From NCBI GenBank assembly GCA_047495785.1, contig JBLDXI010000033.1, forward strand, positions 744,001-808,000: a DNA stretch of 64,000 nt, given 5' to 3'. Under the pieces are notes generated by a model. The model saw nothing but the letters and a program-made list of their open reading frames with translations. It had not been told where the DNA came from and searched no databases. Shown one piece after another: positions 1 through 10,429 of this stretch. The translations under genes were made by a program, and so were the position numbers. The first letter of the stretch is position 1. Every line of letters starts with the position of its first letter. The DNA is from Lepidodermella squamata. Lineage: Eukaryota > Animalia > Gastrotricha.

Positions 1-182
1 TCTGGCTGTTTTTCGATCTACTTTTGAGTCGGAAGAGCCGAATGGAGTTGGACAGCAATACAATCGTGTGAAATTAAATGCCAGAAGAAACAAACGTTAT
101 AAAATTTCAAAAGCAAAGAATAGGTTTATAGGTGCTCTAAAAATAGGGCTGTGAAAATAAAAATATGCCTCCCAATTGCACG

Positions 183-671
183 TGTAACCGCTGGGTTCTT
201 TATCCAACAAGTCAACTCTAGTGTTTCGTCTCTACGCTTTATTATCAGCAATTATTATAACTCGACTCTAGCAATGCTACTACCTGAACTACTAGCGGTG
301 TAACAAAGCTAATGTTCATGGTGTTTATATAGTGCTGTACCAAGCTGTTGTCTTGTTAGCGCTGCCCATAAAAGGATAGATCGGATTACCATATACGGCT
401 TGCTTTGATCCATCGATGTTACCAAATATGGTGAGCTGTATAATTAGCTGTCGGTATCGATAATGCGAGTTGTTACCGTGTAGATTAAGCGTAGTGCGAA
501 TGATTGACAGGTGTAGGTGCGTCGGTGCCGGTGCATTGCGTAATGCACGCACTCACAAGATATGGCTAAGTACATACACACCAAGAGCGGTAATGTTATG
601 TCATGCGTAACAAGGTGTAAGAGAGTGTATCAAAAATACTTAGCGCGCTGAGGTTATATTCAGCCGCTACA
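183..671 (-). repeat. 3' LTR
   Basis: TGTAACCGCT...GCCGCTACA. Matches 4746-5234; the only mismatch I found is 393 A vs 4956 T. Confidence 0.95.
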
Positions 672-682
672 GCTTTCCCCTT
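672..682 (-). other. Polypurine tract
   Basis: Minus strand AAGGGGAAAGC immediately before the 3' LTR. Confidence 0.75.
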
Positions 683-1036
683 AGATGCAGCAATACTCCG
701 CTATTGCCCAAAGGTAAGGTAAGCTAAAACGTGTAGTCAATCAAACGGGATATCATGCCAGTACTTAGTATACCATAACTCGCTTATCGTAACACACATT
801 TCAAAGTACTTACAATACACATAAGGAGAATCATTGCGCTTTCCATCGAGGTACCGTTACTAACTTATTTCCCGGTACCATACCATACGGAGGCGTTGTG
901 CAGACTAGGCACAAGTTATACCAACCCGATGATATGCGATCCATTGCGAACCGCCCGGAGGTCGAGCGTAGCTATAGTAGCGATTATCGGTCGTATGCCG
1001 TTGCCAAGTTTGTCAGATACCACCTGGTTGGACTAG

Positions 1037-1726
1037 ATGCGAGCATTGAGGATGACGTTTCGCTCCTGCAAACTGAGGTATCCGAACCGAGCCCTCATTG
1101 CCTCCGCATTCGACTTCAACACGATTTGCATTTCTGTTCGCTTACTTGCTTCCGCCTCTCATTTCGGTTCCAGAATGTCTGCCTTCGATCACAAGGACGA
1201 GCCCTTTGTTGAATCCTTTCCCGAGATCCTTCCCGTCTTCGCCCCGCCGCCTATCATCATCTCTAGCGGTTCTTCCTCCCCAGCGCCGGTTCCGTTGCTG
1301 ACCCCCTTGGCTGAACCACGAACACCAACGCTCGAGGTGCTGTCGCCGCCGTTGGTCGAACCTCCGACCCCGGAGTTCGAACCGACGTCGCCAACGCCTG
1401 TTTCTTCACCGATACTGCCGGTTACAACGTCGCCTACGCTGTCTCCTTCATCCGTTCGGCTTGAGGTGCGCGGGTCTACTCGCTACCCAATTGCCACAAT
1501 CGGACGTCGTGACGAGCCATTGCGTACCATCCGCCGGCAGTTGCGCCGTCAGCGCCTTGCGATATCGTATTCTCGACGGGCCGCCGCTCTTCGCCATGGT
1601 GTGCCCTATAACGAGGCTTTCACGGCGGAGGAGTTATTTCGAGCCTTTGACTCGTTGCTGACGCGGCGTGTTGGATCCCGAGCTCCTGAACCTGCTCCTC
1701 CTCTGACTCAAGACGCTGAAACCTAG
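1037..1726 (+). CDS. Antisense Pro/Ser/Thr-rich ORF inside the retroelement (unknown accessory protein)
   Basis: 229-aa ATG-initiated ORF, with AATAAA at 1889-1894 downstream on the same strand. Confidence 0.45.
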   Translation: MRALRMTFRSCKLRYPNRALIASAFDFNTICISVRLLASASHFGSRMSAFDHKDEPFVESFPEILPVFAPPPIIISSGSSSPAPVPLLTPLAEPRTPTLEVLSPPLVEPPTPEFEPTSPTPVSSPILPVTTSPTLSPSSVRLEVRGSTRYPIATIGRRDEPLRTIRRQLRRQRLAISYSRRAAALRHGVPYNEAFTAEELFRAFDSLLTRRVGSRAPEPAPPLTQDAET

Positions 1727-1939
1727 ACCGAACCTATCTATCTTACCTCTTTCCGGCGCATATGATCCTTCTTTTGTGTTAACAAAACAAAAAAAAAATT
1801 CATTAGCTATTTCCACTGCATTTCCTTGTTAAAATTTTCAACTGTGTATCATGCTTTCACGGCAAATTACTGAGTACTTGTAGTTATTAATAAACACTCC
1901 ATGCAGGCATTTCAGTCTTTTATTATTCACATCGGGTTT

Positions 1940-3162
1940 TTAAAACGAGGTTTCTTTTACGAATTTCGCAACGAGTTGCTTTGCTGAAATGCTGCCGTCG
2001 TTTTTCAAAACAGCCCAACGCCAGAATCGGCCATGCATACTAGTCGGTATCGTGCTCAGATACTGCTGAATCTCATTCCGTGACGCTATTGGCGTAGTTT
2101 CCGGTGTAAAATCTTGCGACTTCGAGCTAGTTGCTGCCGTGTCGTCTAGCTTGGCTTGAATTTGCACGATTGGTTTTGTAGATGAGTTAGTTTCGAACTG
2201 TGATCCTGATAGAACTTGCAGTGACGGCATCGCAGTTGGCTGCCAGCTTGGCTGAGACGCGTTATTCATTCTTGATTCCATCAGCATTTTCCCGATCGTT
2301 ATCGTCGCCATTATTGCCAACGTACTTTCGAAGATGGCGAAGATTGCTATTGCGAAGTTGATTGTCTGCAGGTGCTGGTCGAACCATGACTGCTCGTTTT
2401 CCGTTGTTGTTAAGGCTTCGACATGCTTTTTGATTTCTTCTATTCGCTTCTGCTCGTCGCTTTCCTCTTGGATTTCCTTATCGGTTAGATTTGCGATTTC
2501 GCGTTTAGTTGCTTCCATTTCTTCCAGCCAGGACTGATTGTTTGTTCTTTGAAGCAGGTTATCGATTTCCTTCGTTAAGTTGTAGCTTCGGTGGCTGCCA
2601 GAAGGGCCTTTTTATTTTCCGTCGTGGTGCCTTCGCTGCACGTTTGCCCATAGAAAAAGTAGTTGGCAAGCCGTCCCAGCGCGCTTGAACACCACCATGA
2701 CTCTCTCCTAACTCTCTTCCCCTTTCGCTGAGGTTCCGCAGAGGCAAAGGTCAGGTTCTCGCTGCATTCCGGCTTGAATCGAAGGACCGTGCAGTCGGAC
2801 CGGGAGTAGCCATACTGGAACTTGCAGCCCACCGCGTCCAGTGAATCGCACCGCTTTTGGTGATCGAACGGTGGAGCGACGTGCTTTGTTTCCAGCTCTT
2901 CCCACACGTATGTTAGGTCCTTAAGTTCATCGGGTCCGTTCCAGCTAAACAGCAGCCGCAATGGAGCAGAGTCCTTGATTTCTTCCCTTATCGCCACCGG
3001 CCATCGCTCGATTTCGAACAGGATGTCTTCTTTTTCTATTGCCGTCGCCAGGATCGTTGGTAGGAAGTGGATTTTGCTCTCCGTCGAAAAGACGAAACAG
3101 ATGCAGACCATGCCAATGGAGAGCCCCTTCATTTTCGGTGTCTGCATCAGAAAATATTTCAT
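1940..3162 (-). pseudogene. env-like glycoprotein ORF split by one frameshift near 2580-2610
   Basis: Signal-like MKGLSIGMVCICFVF, Cys-containing ectodomain, RVRR furin site, then WWCSSALGRLANYFFYG. The second frame has heptad-like helices and TM segment INFAIAIFAIFESTLAIMATITIG. Confidence 0.7.
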
Positions 3163-4727
3163 TTAGTGTTTTCCTGGGTCCGTCGGAACCCTGGTTTTGG
3201 AGCGGGTGGTTAGCCCCCCCTCCCTTGCTATGATATTACTTGGGTCCACCTCCCTACGAATGTTCGCAAATTTTCCCGAGTTTTCCGGAAGTCGGCTTTG
3301 CTGAGATTGCACTTCCGGTTGAGTCGAAGGTTGAGAGACGCTCGCGCCGTCAGGTCCAGTGCTTTTGGTCAGCAGGGCAGACAAATTCTTAGCATTTACT
3401 ATCGGCTTCCCTGCGGAGATAGCCTTAGCTCGTTGTAACACCTTGTTTGCCGCCTGCTGCATGGGAGAGGGTCCACTATCCTTGTACTTCGCCGCGAGTC
3501 GATTCATGACCTCTGTTTGTGTAGCCTTAAACGGTTGTGATAGCGCAGTTGCCACCGGTGCGGGATCTTCTCGTTCCCATGCAAACTCGGGAGTACTGCT
3601 TTCTCGCTGCGCCATCGGTTCCCTTGTCGTTTGACTTGCTCCGATTGCTTCGCTCGCTGTCATTCTGGCGACTCTCTCCTCCCAGCTGACTGCTGAATTA
3701 TCGGTGGCTGGTTGGGCGGTCTCGCCTGCTGCCACCATCTCGGCGACGCTCTGCTCCCAACTTCTTTCACGATAGGGCTTGAGCCGATTTCGATGGACGA
3801 CCATTTTTGCTCCATCGTCGATGCACTCGATCTCGTAATTTCTTTCGTCCAGGATGTCCTTCACCTCACAGACTTTGGACCACAAAGCCGTGAACTTTTT
3901 CGGTTGTCCCACCGGTATTGCTGGATCGTACAGGCAAACTTTCTGACCGATTTCCAGCGGCTCGGCATTTTTCGAATTTTTGTCGTGTGCAGCTCGCTGC
4001 TTTTCCCGGGCCTTCTCGAGTTTGTCGATTGCCATTTCGTGTGCTGCTTTGAGGAACTGCCGGGTTTCCTCCGCGAATTTCTCCACCGGACGGGTCGCTG
4101 CCTGATCTTCTGTGTCGAATAGCCAGGCATCAATGCGCATAGGTGGGTTTCTTCCCATTTGGAGTTGCGCCGGGGTCATGCCGTGCGAGTCGTGCACTGA
4201 TGTGTTGTACGATCGAATTGCGTCGGGGATGAACAGATCCCAATCTTTCGGTTTGTTTTCGTCCCTTATCTTCGTGACGATGTTTTCGAGTGTCCGGTTC
4301 ATCCTTTCGATAAAGCCATTGCATTCGGGATGGTATGCTGTTGTATGGACGTGCTTCGTGCCCCATAGATTGCATACTTCTTCGACCACCTTCGCTTCGA
4401 AGTTCGTGCCTTGATCGTTCAGTAGTTGCATCGGGCTCCCCCATATGCTTACATATTCTTTCAGGCACTTGAGCACTGCTTCCGCTGTGGTTGAGCGTAG
4501 TGGATATGCCGCGATCCATTTCGTGAAGTGGTCGCCGATTAGCAGGACGTGCGTGTGTCCGCGATTCGAGGTTGGGTGTATCGGTCCCATCATGTCCCAA
4601 CAAACTAGTTCTCCCGGCGCGCTAGTCTCAATCGACTTCATCGGCGCTACCGGTTTAGGGTTTGGCGCATTCGCTTTTTGACATCGCGAACAAGTTTTCA
4701 CGTATTCTTCTGCGTCGGCTTCGTAGT
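3163..4727 (-). pseudogene. 5'-truncated pol: integrase (rve) plus C-terminal extension
   Basis: YVKTCSRC (only the CC half of HHCC). D (WDMMGP), D (NDQGTNF), then E 35 residues later (GFIERMN). VVHRNRLKPY tail. The frame begins directly after the PBS. Confidence 0.9.
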
Positions 4728-4744
4728 TCCCACCGCTGCCACCA
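4728..4744 (-). other. Primer binding site, tRNA-Leu type
   Basis: Minus strand TGGTGGCAGCGGTGGGA, 1 nt from the LTR. Complementary to the TCCCACCGCTGCCACCA 3' end of animal tRNA-Leu(AAG/TAG). Confidence 0.85.
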
Positions 4745-4745
4745 A

Positions 4746-5234
4746 TGTAACCGCTGGGTTCTTTATCCAACAAGTCAACTCTAGTGTTTCGTCTCTACGC
4801 TTTATTATCAGCAATTATTATAACTCGACTCTAGCAATGCTACTACCTGAACTACTAGCGGTGTAACAAAGCTAATGTTCATGGTGTTTATATAGTGCTG
4901 TACCAAGCTGTTGTCTTGTTAGCGCTGCCCATAAAAGGATAGATCGGATTACCATTTACGGCTTGCTTTGATCCATCGATGTTACCAAATATGGTGAGCT
5001 GTATAATTAGCTGTCGGTATCGATAATGCGAGTTGTTACCGTGTAGATTAAGCGTAGTGCGAATGATTGACAGGTGTAGGTGCGTCGGTGCCGGTGCATT
5101 GCGTAATGCACGCACTCACAAGATATGGCTAAGTACATACACACCAAGAGCGGTAATGTTATGTCATGCGTAACAAGGTGTAAGAGAGTGTATCAAAAAT
5201 ACTTAGCGCGCTGAGGTTATATTCAGCCGCTACA
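4746..5234 (-). repeat. 5' LTR
   Basis: Second copy of 183-671, adjacent to the PBS on the minus strand. Confidence 0.95.
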
Positions 5235-6105
5235 CACGTGCTTTTATTTTTCGATTGTCTATAGTTGATATTTTTCCAAAAAAGGCAAATACGCTTGCTT
5301 TTTGAAATTAAAAATAGCAATGTTGACAAGAATGGGCTTGTTTTTGTTGCTATTTTTAGTGCTGAAACTCGTGCCGAAAGCTAGACTTGTGGCTATAAAA
5401 GTTGCTCGATTGCCATCTACTACATCATCAACTAATTTGAATTATCAAGCTATCGGAAAATAACGACATGATTCATCTCAATAAATTTGAAACGATGAAA
5501 TTTGCCCCTTATTAGTTTGACTTCAGTTTTTCGTGTCCGAAAACCTCTTAGTGCGGCGTCCTATCTACGTCACATGAAAGGGGGACCCTTATGTCGATTT
5601 TCCTTATCCCAACAAGTTCGGCTGTCTCGCTCTCTGTTCACTGAGATTGTTATCATCATGCATTCATTTAATTGAAGGGATGATATCCCTGACCTGGTTC
5701 TGGGAATAGCAGCAATTGAACTGTATATTAATTCAAAAGGCAGATCAGGCTGGAATATTTATTGTTATTCTCGTTGCTTATATGTAGCCACATAGAGATC
5801 AGATTAACCAGAGAGGAAACTAATGCAGTTAATCTAATCGCTATGAGAAAAATGTTGATAAGAAATATTTATTTTCGCATTTTTCACAATCCAATGCATT
5901 CACTTTTCGTGTTCATTTATAATCAGCGTGTGAAACAAAAAATGAGAATGATTTGAGATAATAATTATCAACATTAATATAACGTCTTTATATAACCGCC
6001 ACAATTAAACACATAGTTTTCATCTAGTTCATGATAATGTTTTCTTCTTCAACAGAAATCAACTATGATTGATATCATTTCCATCCTCAATTTCATCTTT
6101 TGTAG

Positions 6106-7320
6106 ATGGCGCCGCCTAAAAAAATTGAAGTAACTATTAACGTGGAAGGCACGACATTCATTTTCAAACTGACTCGCCATACGAAACTTGACATAAAAGA
6201 CATTGCCGACATAATTGCCAAATTCATTCTCAACAGTGCAAAGTCGATCTATGATGGTTTGCAGGATCCGATTTGGTACATTTCGGAAGGCTACAGAATA
6301 GCCCGCATACAACGGGGCCATCCACTGTGGGATCTGCTGGACGATGAGGCAAAGGAAACAGACCGAAACTGGTTAGTCTTCCAGAACAATCCGTTGGAAA
6401 GTAAATCAGATTTCAGCTGGAAAAACGGGAAAACCATGCAAAAATGGAGTGGTGCTGCCATTAAGGTAGTTCACTTTGGTCCGTTTGGCAAAGGAAATAA
6501 CAAAGATTACGGTAATGCTTGGGAACGTGCTCTGCAAAAATTCCTAGATGATGCAGAAGTGAAAACCCTAAAAATGAAAATAGATGCTGCCAGTTCGGTC
6601 GCTCAGAAGCAACAGGTCAAAGCAGAATACGGCGCGTACATGAAAGCGACTTATATCAAGACCAAGAATAGGCTCAATTCAGACGTCAAAAAAACCGAAG
6701 CAGAATTGACCGACATTGTTACACGTGTCTTCGGAGTAACTGAAACTGCAGCAGCTGTCACTTTAAACTTAAGCATAGCGTTGGCACCTACAGCTCTCAA
6801 AGTTAGTTCAAAGCTGCTGGTGAAGGAGACTTTTCTTATTATAACCAAGCAAATTTCCAAAGAACTGGCTGTTATCATGAGCAAACTCGCAGCCAAAGAG
6901 GGCGGAAAAGTCGCCGCCAAGAAGATTCCGGTAATTGGAGTTTTCGTGGGGGCGGGACTTAGCTATTGGAGGCTTCGCAAGGGTGACATTCGTGGAGGAA
7001 TAATGGAGATGGCAAGCGGAGTCGTCTCAATCATTCCTGCATATGGTACGGTAGGTTCGTTTGCTATCGATGGAGCTTTGGCGCTCAAAGACGTCCAAGA
7101 AGCGATCGATAGGCTGAAATATTTCCAATCTCGTACCGATAAGTTACAACAAAAGCTTGAAAAATTGATCACCAGAATAAGTGAGTTGGACGAGATGCAC
7201 AAGATGATCGAGGATGTCTTCTTTCGAGGCGACTTTGACTATGAATCACATGTGGAACAATTCGTCGATGCGTTCTATGCACTGATGATTTTCAACTCAT
7301 GGTCACAAAATTCCGGATAG
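6106..7320 (+). CDS. Uncharacterised 404-aa protein with glycine-zipper hydrophobic hairpin and coiled coil
   Basis: Long uninterrupted ORF in an AT-rich context. Motif KKIPVIGVFVGAG...GD..G..ME.ASG..S..P..GT..S..IDGAL. Acceptor-like ttttgtag directly before the ATG. Confidence 0.8.
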   Translation: MAPPKKIEVTINVEGTTFIFKLTRHTKLDIKDIADIIAKFILNSAKSIYDGLQDPIWYISEGYRIARIQRGHPLWDLLDDEAKETDRNWLVFQNNPLESKSDFSWKNGKTMQKWSGAAIKVVHFGPFGKGNNKDYGNAWERALQKFLDDAEVKTLKMKIDAASSVAQKQQVKAEYGAYMKATYIKTKNRLNSDVKKTEAELTDIVTRVFGVTETAAAVTLNLSIALAPTALKVSSKLLVKETFLIITKQISKELAVIMSKLAAKEGGKVAAKKIPVIGVFVGAGLSYWRLRKGDIRGGIMEMASGVVSIIPAYGTVGSFAIDGALALKDVQEAIDRLKYFQSRTDKLQQKLEKLITRISELDEMHKMIEDVFFRGDFDYESHVEQFVDAFYALMIFNSWSQNSG

Positions 7321-7928
7321 TATTGTGGCGAAGAATTTTCAATTCAAAATCATTTCAATGTAGCAAGGCGTTCGCGTAATAATAGGTACTCTGGGTGAGC
7401 TAAAAATATTAAGTAAAATGCGTCGTTAACATAAATAAATACGGAAGTGCGCCTCCCGAATTATTCATATCGACAGCATCGAACCCAGCGTGAATATATA
7501 CGGCATGCTATTTACCCCCATGTGACGCATGACTTGGCCGATTTTTTGCCTGAACCCAGCAAACACGTGTATGCAAAAATTCAGCCTGACCTGCGCTGCT
7601 GACTTTGACAATAAAAATGCTCGTAAACACATTTTTATTTATTAATTTTTAATTAAATGATGAACTGATAATATTTTGAAAAATTAATTTTCACATAACA
7701 TCTTAGCAACGTGGTTTCACATGACGAGTTTTGCAAATCTTTCGAGCTTATTTCAGGTCCAGTAAGAAAATGCCTTTCCCGGTGCGTAGTAGCCTCGATT
7801 ATCAAGTTCGCAGCTGATTATTAGAAAAATCGGTAAAATCGGTCTGTAAGCTTCCATGGGAAAATCTTACGCCGGTACCAAATTTCATTTAATTCAATAC
7901 CTAACCATTTTATTCGTTTTTCAACTGG

Positions 7929-7964
7929 TTAGGGTTAGGGTTAGGGTTAGGGTTAGGGTTAGGG
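7929..7964 (+). repeat. Interstitial telomere-like (TTAGGG)6
   Basis: Six perfect copies read directly. Confidence 0.9.
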
Positions 7965-8835
7965 TTCTTCAAATTGGGGATTTGGAACTGTTTGGATAAT
8001 TTGGTACGGAATTCAATGATGTTTGGTACTGAAATCAATAATTTGGTAATGATTTCACTATATCCTTGCTTCCATAGGGTTACAGCCAAATTAAAAAATG
8101 GATGTTGACGGTTTCAAGATCATTTCACTAGCTAAAATGAAGTTTCGTCACTTTCCGAAGTTCGATTGAATGATGGCACTTGGAAAACTTGATGTTAAAC
8201 ATCACATTCTTTGATTCAGCACTCGCTGAGTACCTAGTTCAGAATATGGCTTCAACATTACGAAAAATAGGGTTCCTTCGAAGAGATTTTAAAAATTAGC
8301 CATTGCGTATACGGACCCGCTCCTTTGAAGTTAAATAGTTCAAAGCATTCTCTATCTCCATGCGAAAATTTGTTAAAATCGGCGACCCACCTTTCAACGT
8401 AAAAATTCGTTGGAAATGAGCTATCTTGGCAAAAATTTTCGCTGACATTTTTCAGCTTCAGAAGGGTGCCAAGGCTTAACCGTTGCATATATCGACTTAA
8501 CCTTTTGCAGTATTGAAGTTCAAGACCAGGTCTACTCACCATAAAAAGGGGAGTCCGATTTGAAGTAGTACAGCCGAAGAAAGGTTTTGCCGAACTGTTG
8601 TGGTTTTGCGCGAGAAAAGTGCGCTGAAAATTACGCGCGCTTTGTGAAAAGATCCGGCTTAAAATAACCCGCTTCGAATTAATGTTTCAAGTTTCCAGCC
8701 CTAGCCAGTCCCCGACTCGCAAACAAACTCGAATTCAAGAAAAAGATGGTTTCTCGCGATTTTCATTGTTTTTCAAGTAGAACTGCTATAACACTTGTTT
8801 AGAGCCATAATTGCATGACCAGGGTGACCGTAATG

Positions 8836-9382
8836 GCACATTTCCAAATCCCACCTCGAAACGTGCCGGGGTAAAATTAAAAAAATCCCGCTTTCTCCCT
8901 CATCTTCTTCACTTAGGTTTAATAATTTTAATATTTACGAATTGAATTAATATTATTTTAAATTTTTATAAAATATTTTCCATGACGACGCATTTAACCA
9001 AGATGACCTAAGATCTCTCGTACTTCAGCGCCGGAAGGATAAAAAGTCAATTTTTCTGACTTGTTGATTTTTCAACGGTTTCTATGTAATTCGACCATGC
9101 TGAGTTGAACGCAATTTACAGAATTGCTTAATTTCGCATAGTTTTTGAGATAGCGCATGGGGAAGGTCAGGCGACGAGGCCACGGGACTTGACGAAAATT
9201 CAAAATTCCCTCCGTAAATGCGTCGCCGTGGAAAATATATTAGAAATTTTTAAATTGTTTGAGTTTTATTTATTTTAATACTAATATTTATATTTTATCC
9301 TACTTGAGTGAAGAAAACGGGGGGAAAGCGGAATTTTTGAATTTTACCCTGGCACGTTTCGAGGTGGGTTTTGGAAATGTGC
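8836..9382. mobile_element. MITE, Mutator/Foldback-like
   Basis: Long imperfect TIRs starting GCACATTTCCAAA and ending TTTGGAAATGTGC. 10-bp TSD GACCGTAATG (8826-8835, 9383-9392). Confidence 0.85.
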
Positions 9383-9957
9383 GACCGTAATGTCCCAAAG
9401 GTCATCGAAAAATGTTGCGCTATAAAAAAGTTGTGTGCATCTGAAATTTCGATTGGGTGGAATGGGTCGAATGGGTGGGGTGGTTAAAGCCCGTGATTTG
9501 ATTTCTCGAGCAGTTTTCAAGGTGATAGACTTGGCCGATTGAGATTCAACATTAGCTCTCTCGTATATTCCAAATTGGTGACTTATCATCCTCAGCCTGC
9601 TCGTAAACAGCATCACGTCATACGTACTCGGATTGGTCTTCGAACCACCAGATCCTCTGCATTTTTTGTGGGAAAATGTTGTGTTATCGAAGAGTTATCG
9701 AAGAGGCTGCAAATACTTATATAAAATAATAGCTAGAAAATCATTAAAGTTTTATGATTTTATTGATTCCGTATAATAATTGTATCTCTGGTTAACTATA
9801 TGCATTTCCTCACAAAAGTAATTTGTCTTTTGATAATTATATTTGATAATTATTGGCACTAATTTGATTTACTGTTGAGAAAATGTTCGTATTGGTCGTA
9901 AATTCCAACCTGAAAATCGGAATTTTACCAAGTTATTCAATAAAGCTTCGAAAATCA

Positions 9958-10029
9958 AGGTGACATCGAGAATCGAACTCGAGTCGCTGGATTCAGAGTC
10001 CAGAGTGCTAACCGCTACACCGCTGCGTG
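9958..10029 (-). pseudogene. tRNA-Gln(CTG) pseudogene or tRNA-derived relic
   Basis: GGTGTAGCGGTTAGCACTCTGGACTCTGAATCCAGCGACTCGAGTTCGATTCTCGA gives intact D, anticodon (CTG) and T arms. The 5' acceptor strand does not pair with the 3' TGTCACC. TTTT lies just downstream. Confidence 0.8.
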
Positions 10030-10385
10030 TGAAATTATATGCCAATGCCAGAAGAAAACAACTAAAATTAAATTTCTTAAAAACTGCGCCGAAGCAAAAA
10101 ATAGGTTTACAGGTGCAACGGTTATTCTAAAAATAGGGCTTTGAAAATAAAAATATGCCTCGCACTTGCACGTGCTTATATTTTTCGATTGTCTATAGTT
10201 CATATTTTTCCAAAAAAGGCAAATACGCTTGCTTTTTGAAATTAAAAATAGCAATGTTGACAGGAATGGGCTTGTTTTTGTTGCTATTTTTAGTGCCGAA
10301 ACTCGTGCCGAAAACTCAACTTGTGGCTATAAAAGTTGCTCGATTGCCATCTACTACATCATCAACTAATTTGAATTATCAAGCT
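10026..10385 (+). promoter_or_regulatory. Upstream/promoter region of the sHSP gene, duplicated at 65-182 plus 5239-5451
   Basis: TATAAAA at 10328-10334, about 100 bp before the ATG (copy at 5394-5400). Near-identical sequence flanks the LTR element. Confidence 0.75.
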
Positions 10386-10429
10386 TTCAAGCTATTTTTT
10401 AACTCTCGTTTCAAATCTCTCCGATTAAA

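Larger units (their letters stand above)
183..5234 (-). mobile_element. Ty3/gypsy-type LTR retrotransposon, internally deleted (no gag/PR/RT/RNaseH), env-like ORF retained
   Basis: Two 489-bp direct repeats TG...CA (183-671, 4746-5234). 4-bp TSD CACG (179-182, 5235-5238). PBS and PPT on the minus strand. rve integrase ORF. Confidence 0.95.

Noticed and set aside
325-552. 75-aa ORF repeated at 4888-5115
   Set aside because: It lies within the LTRs and does not start at an ATG. The duplication reflects the LTRs, not a gene.
7929-7964. True telomere or CRISPR-like array
   Set aside because: Only six internal hexamers with no spacers. No repeat-spacer array or cas gene was seen anywhere in the window.
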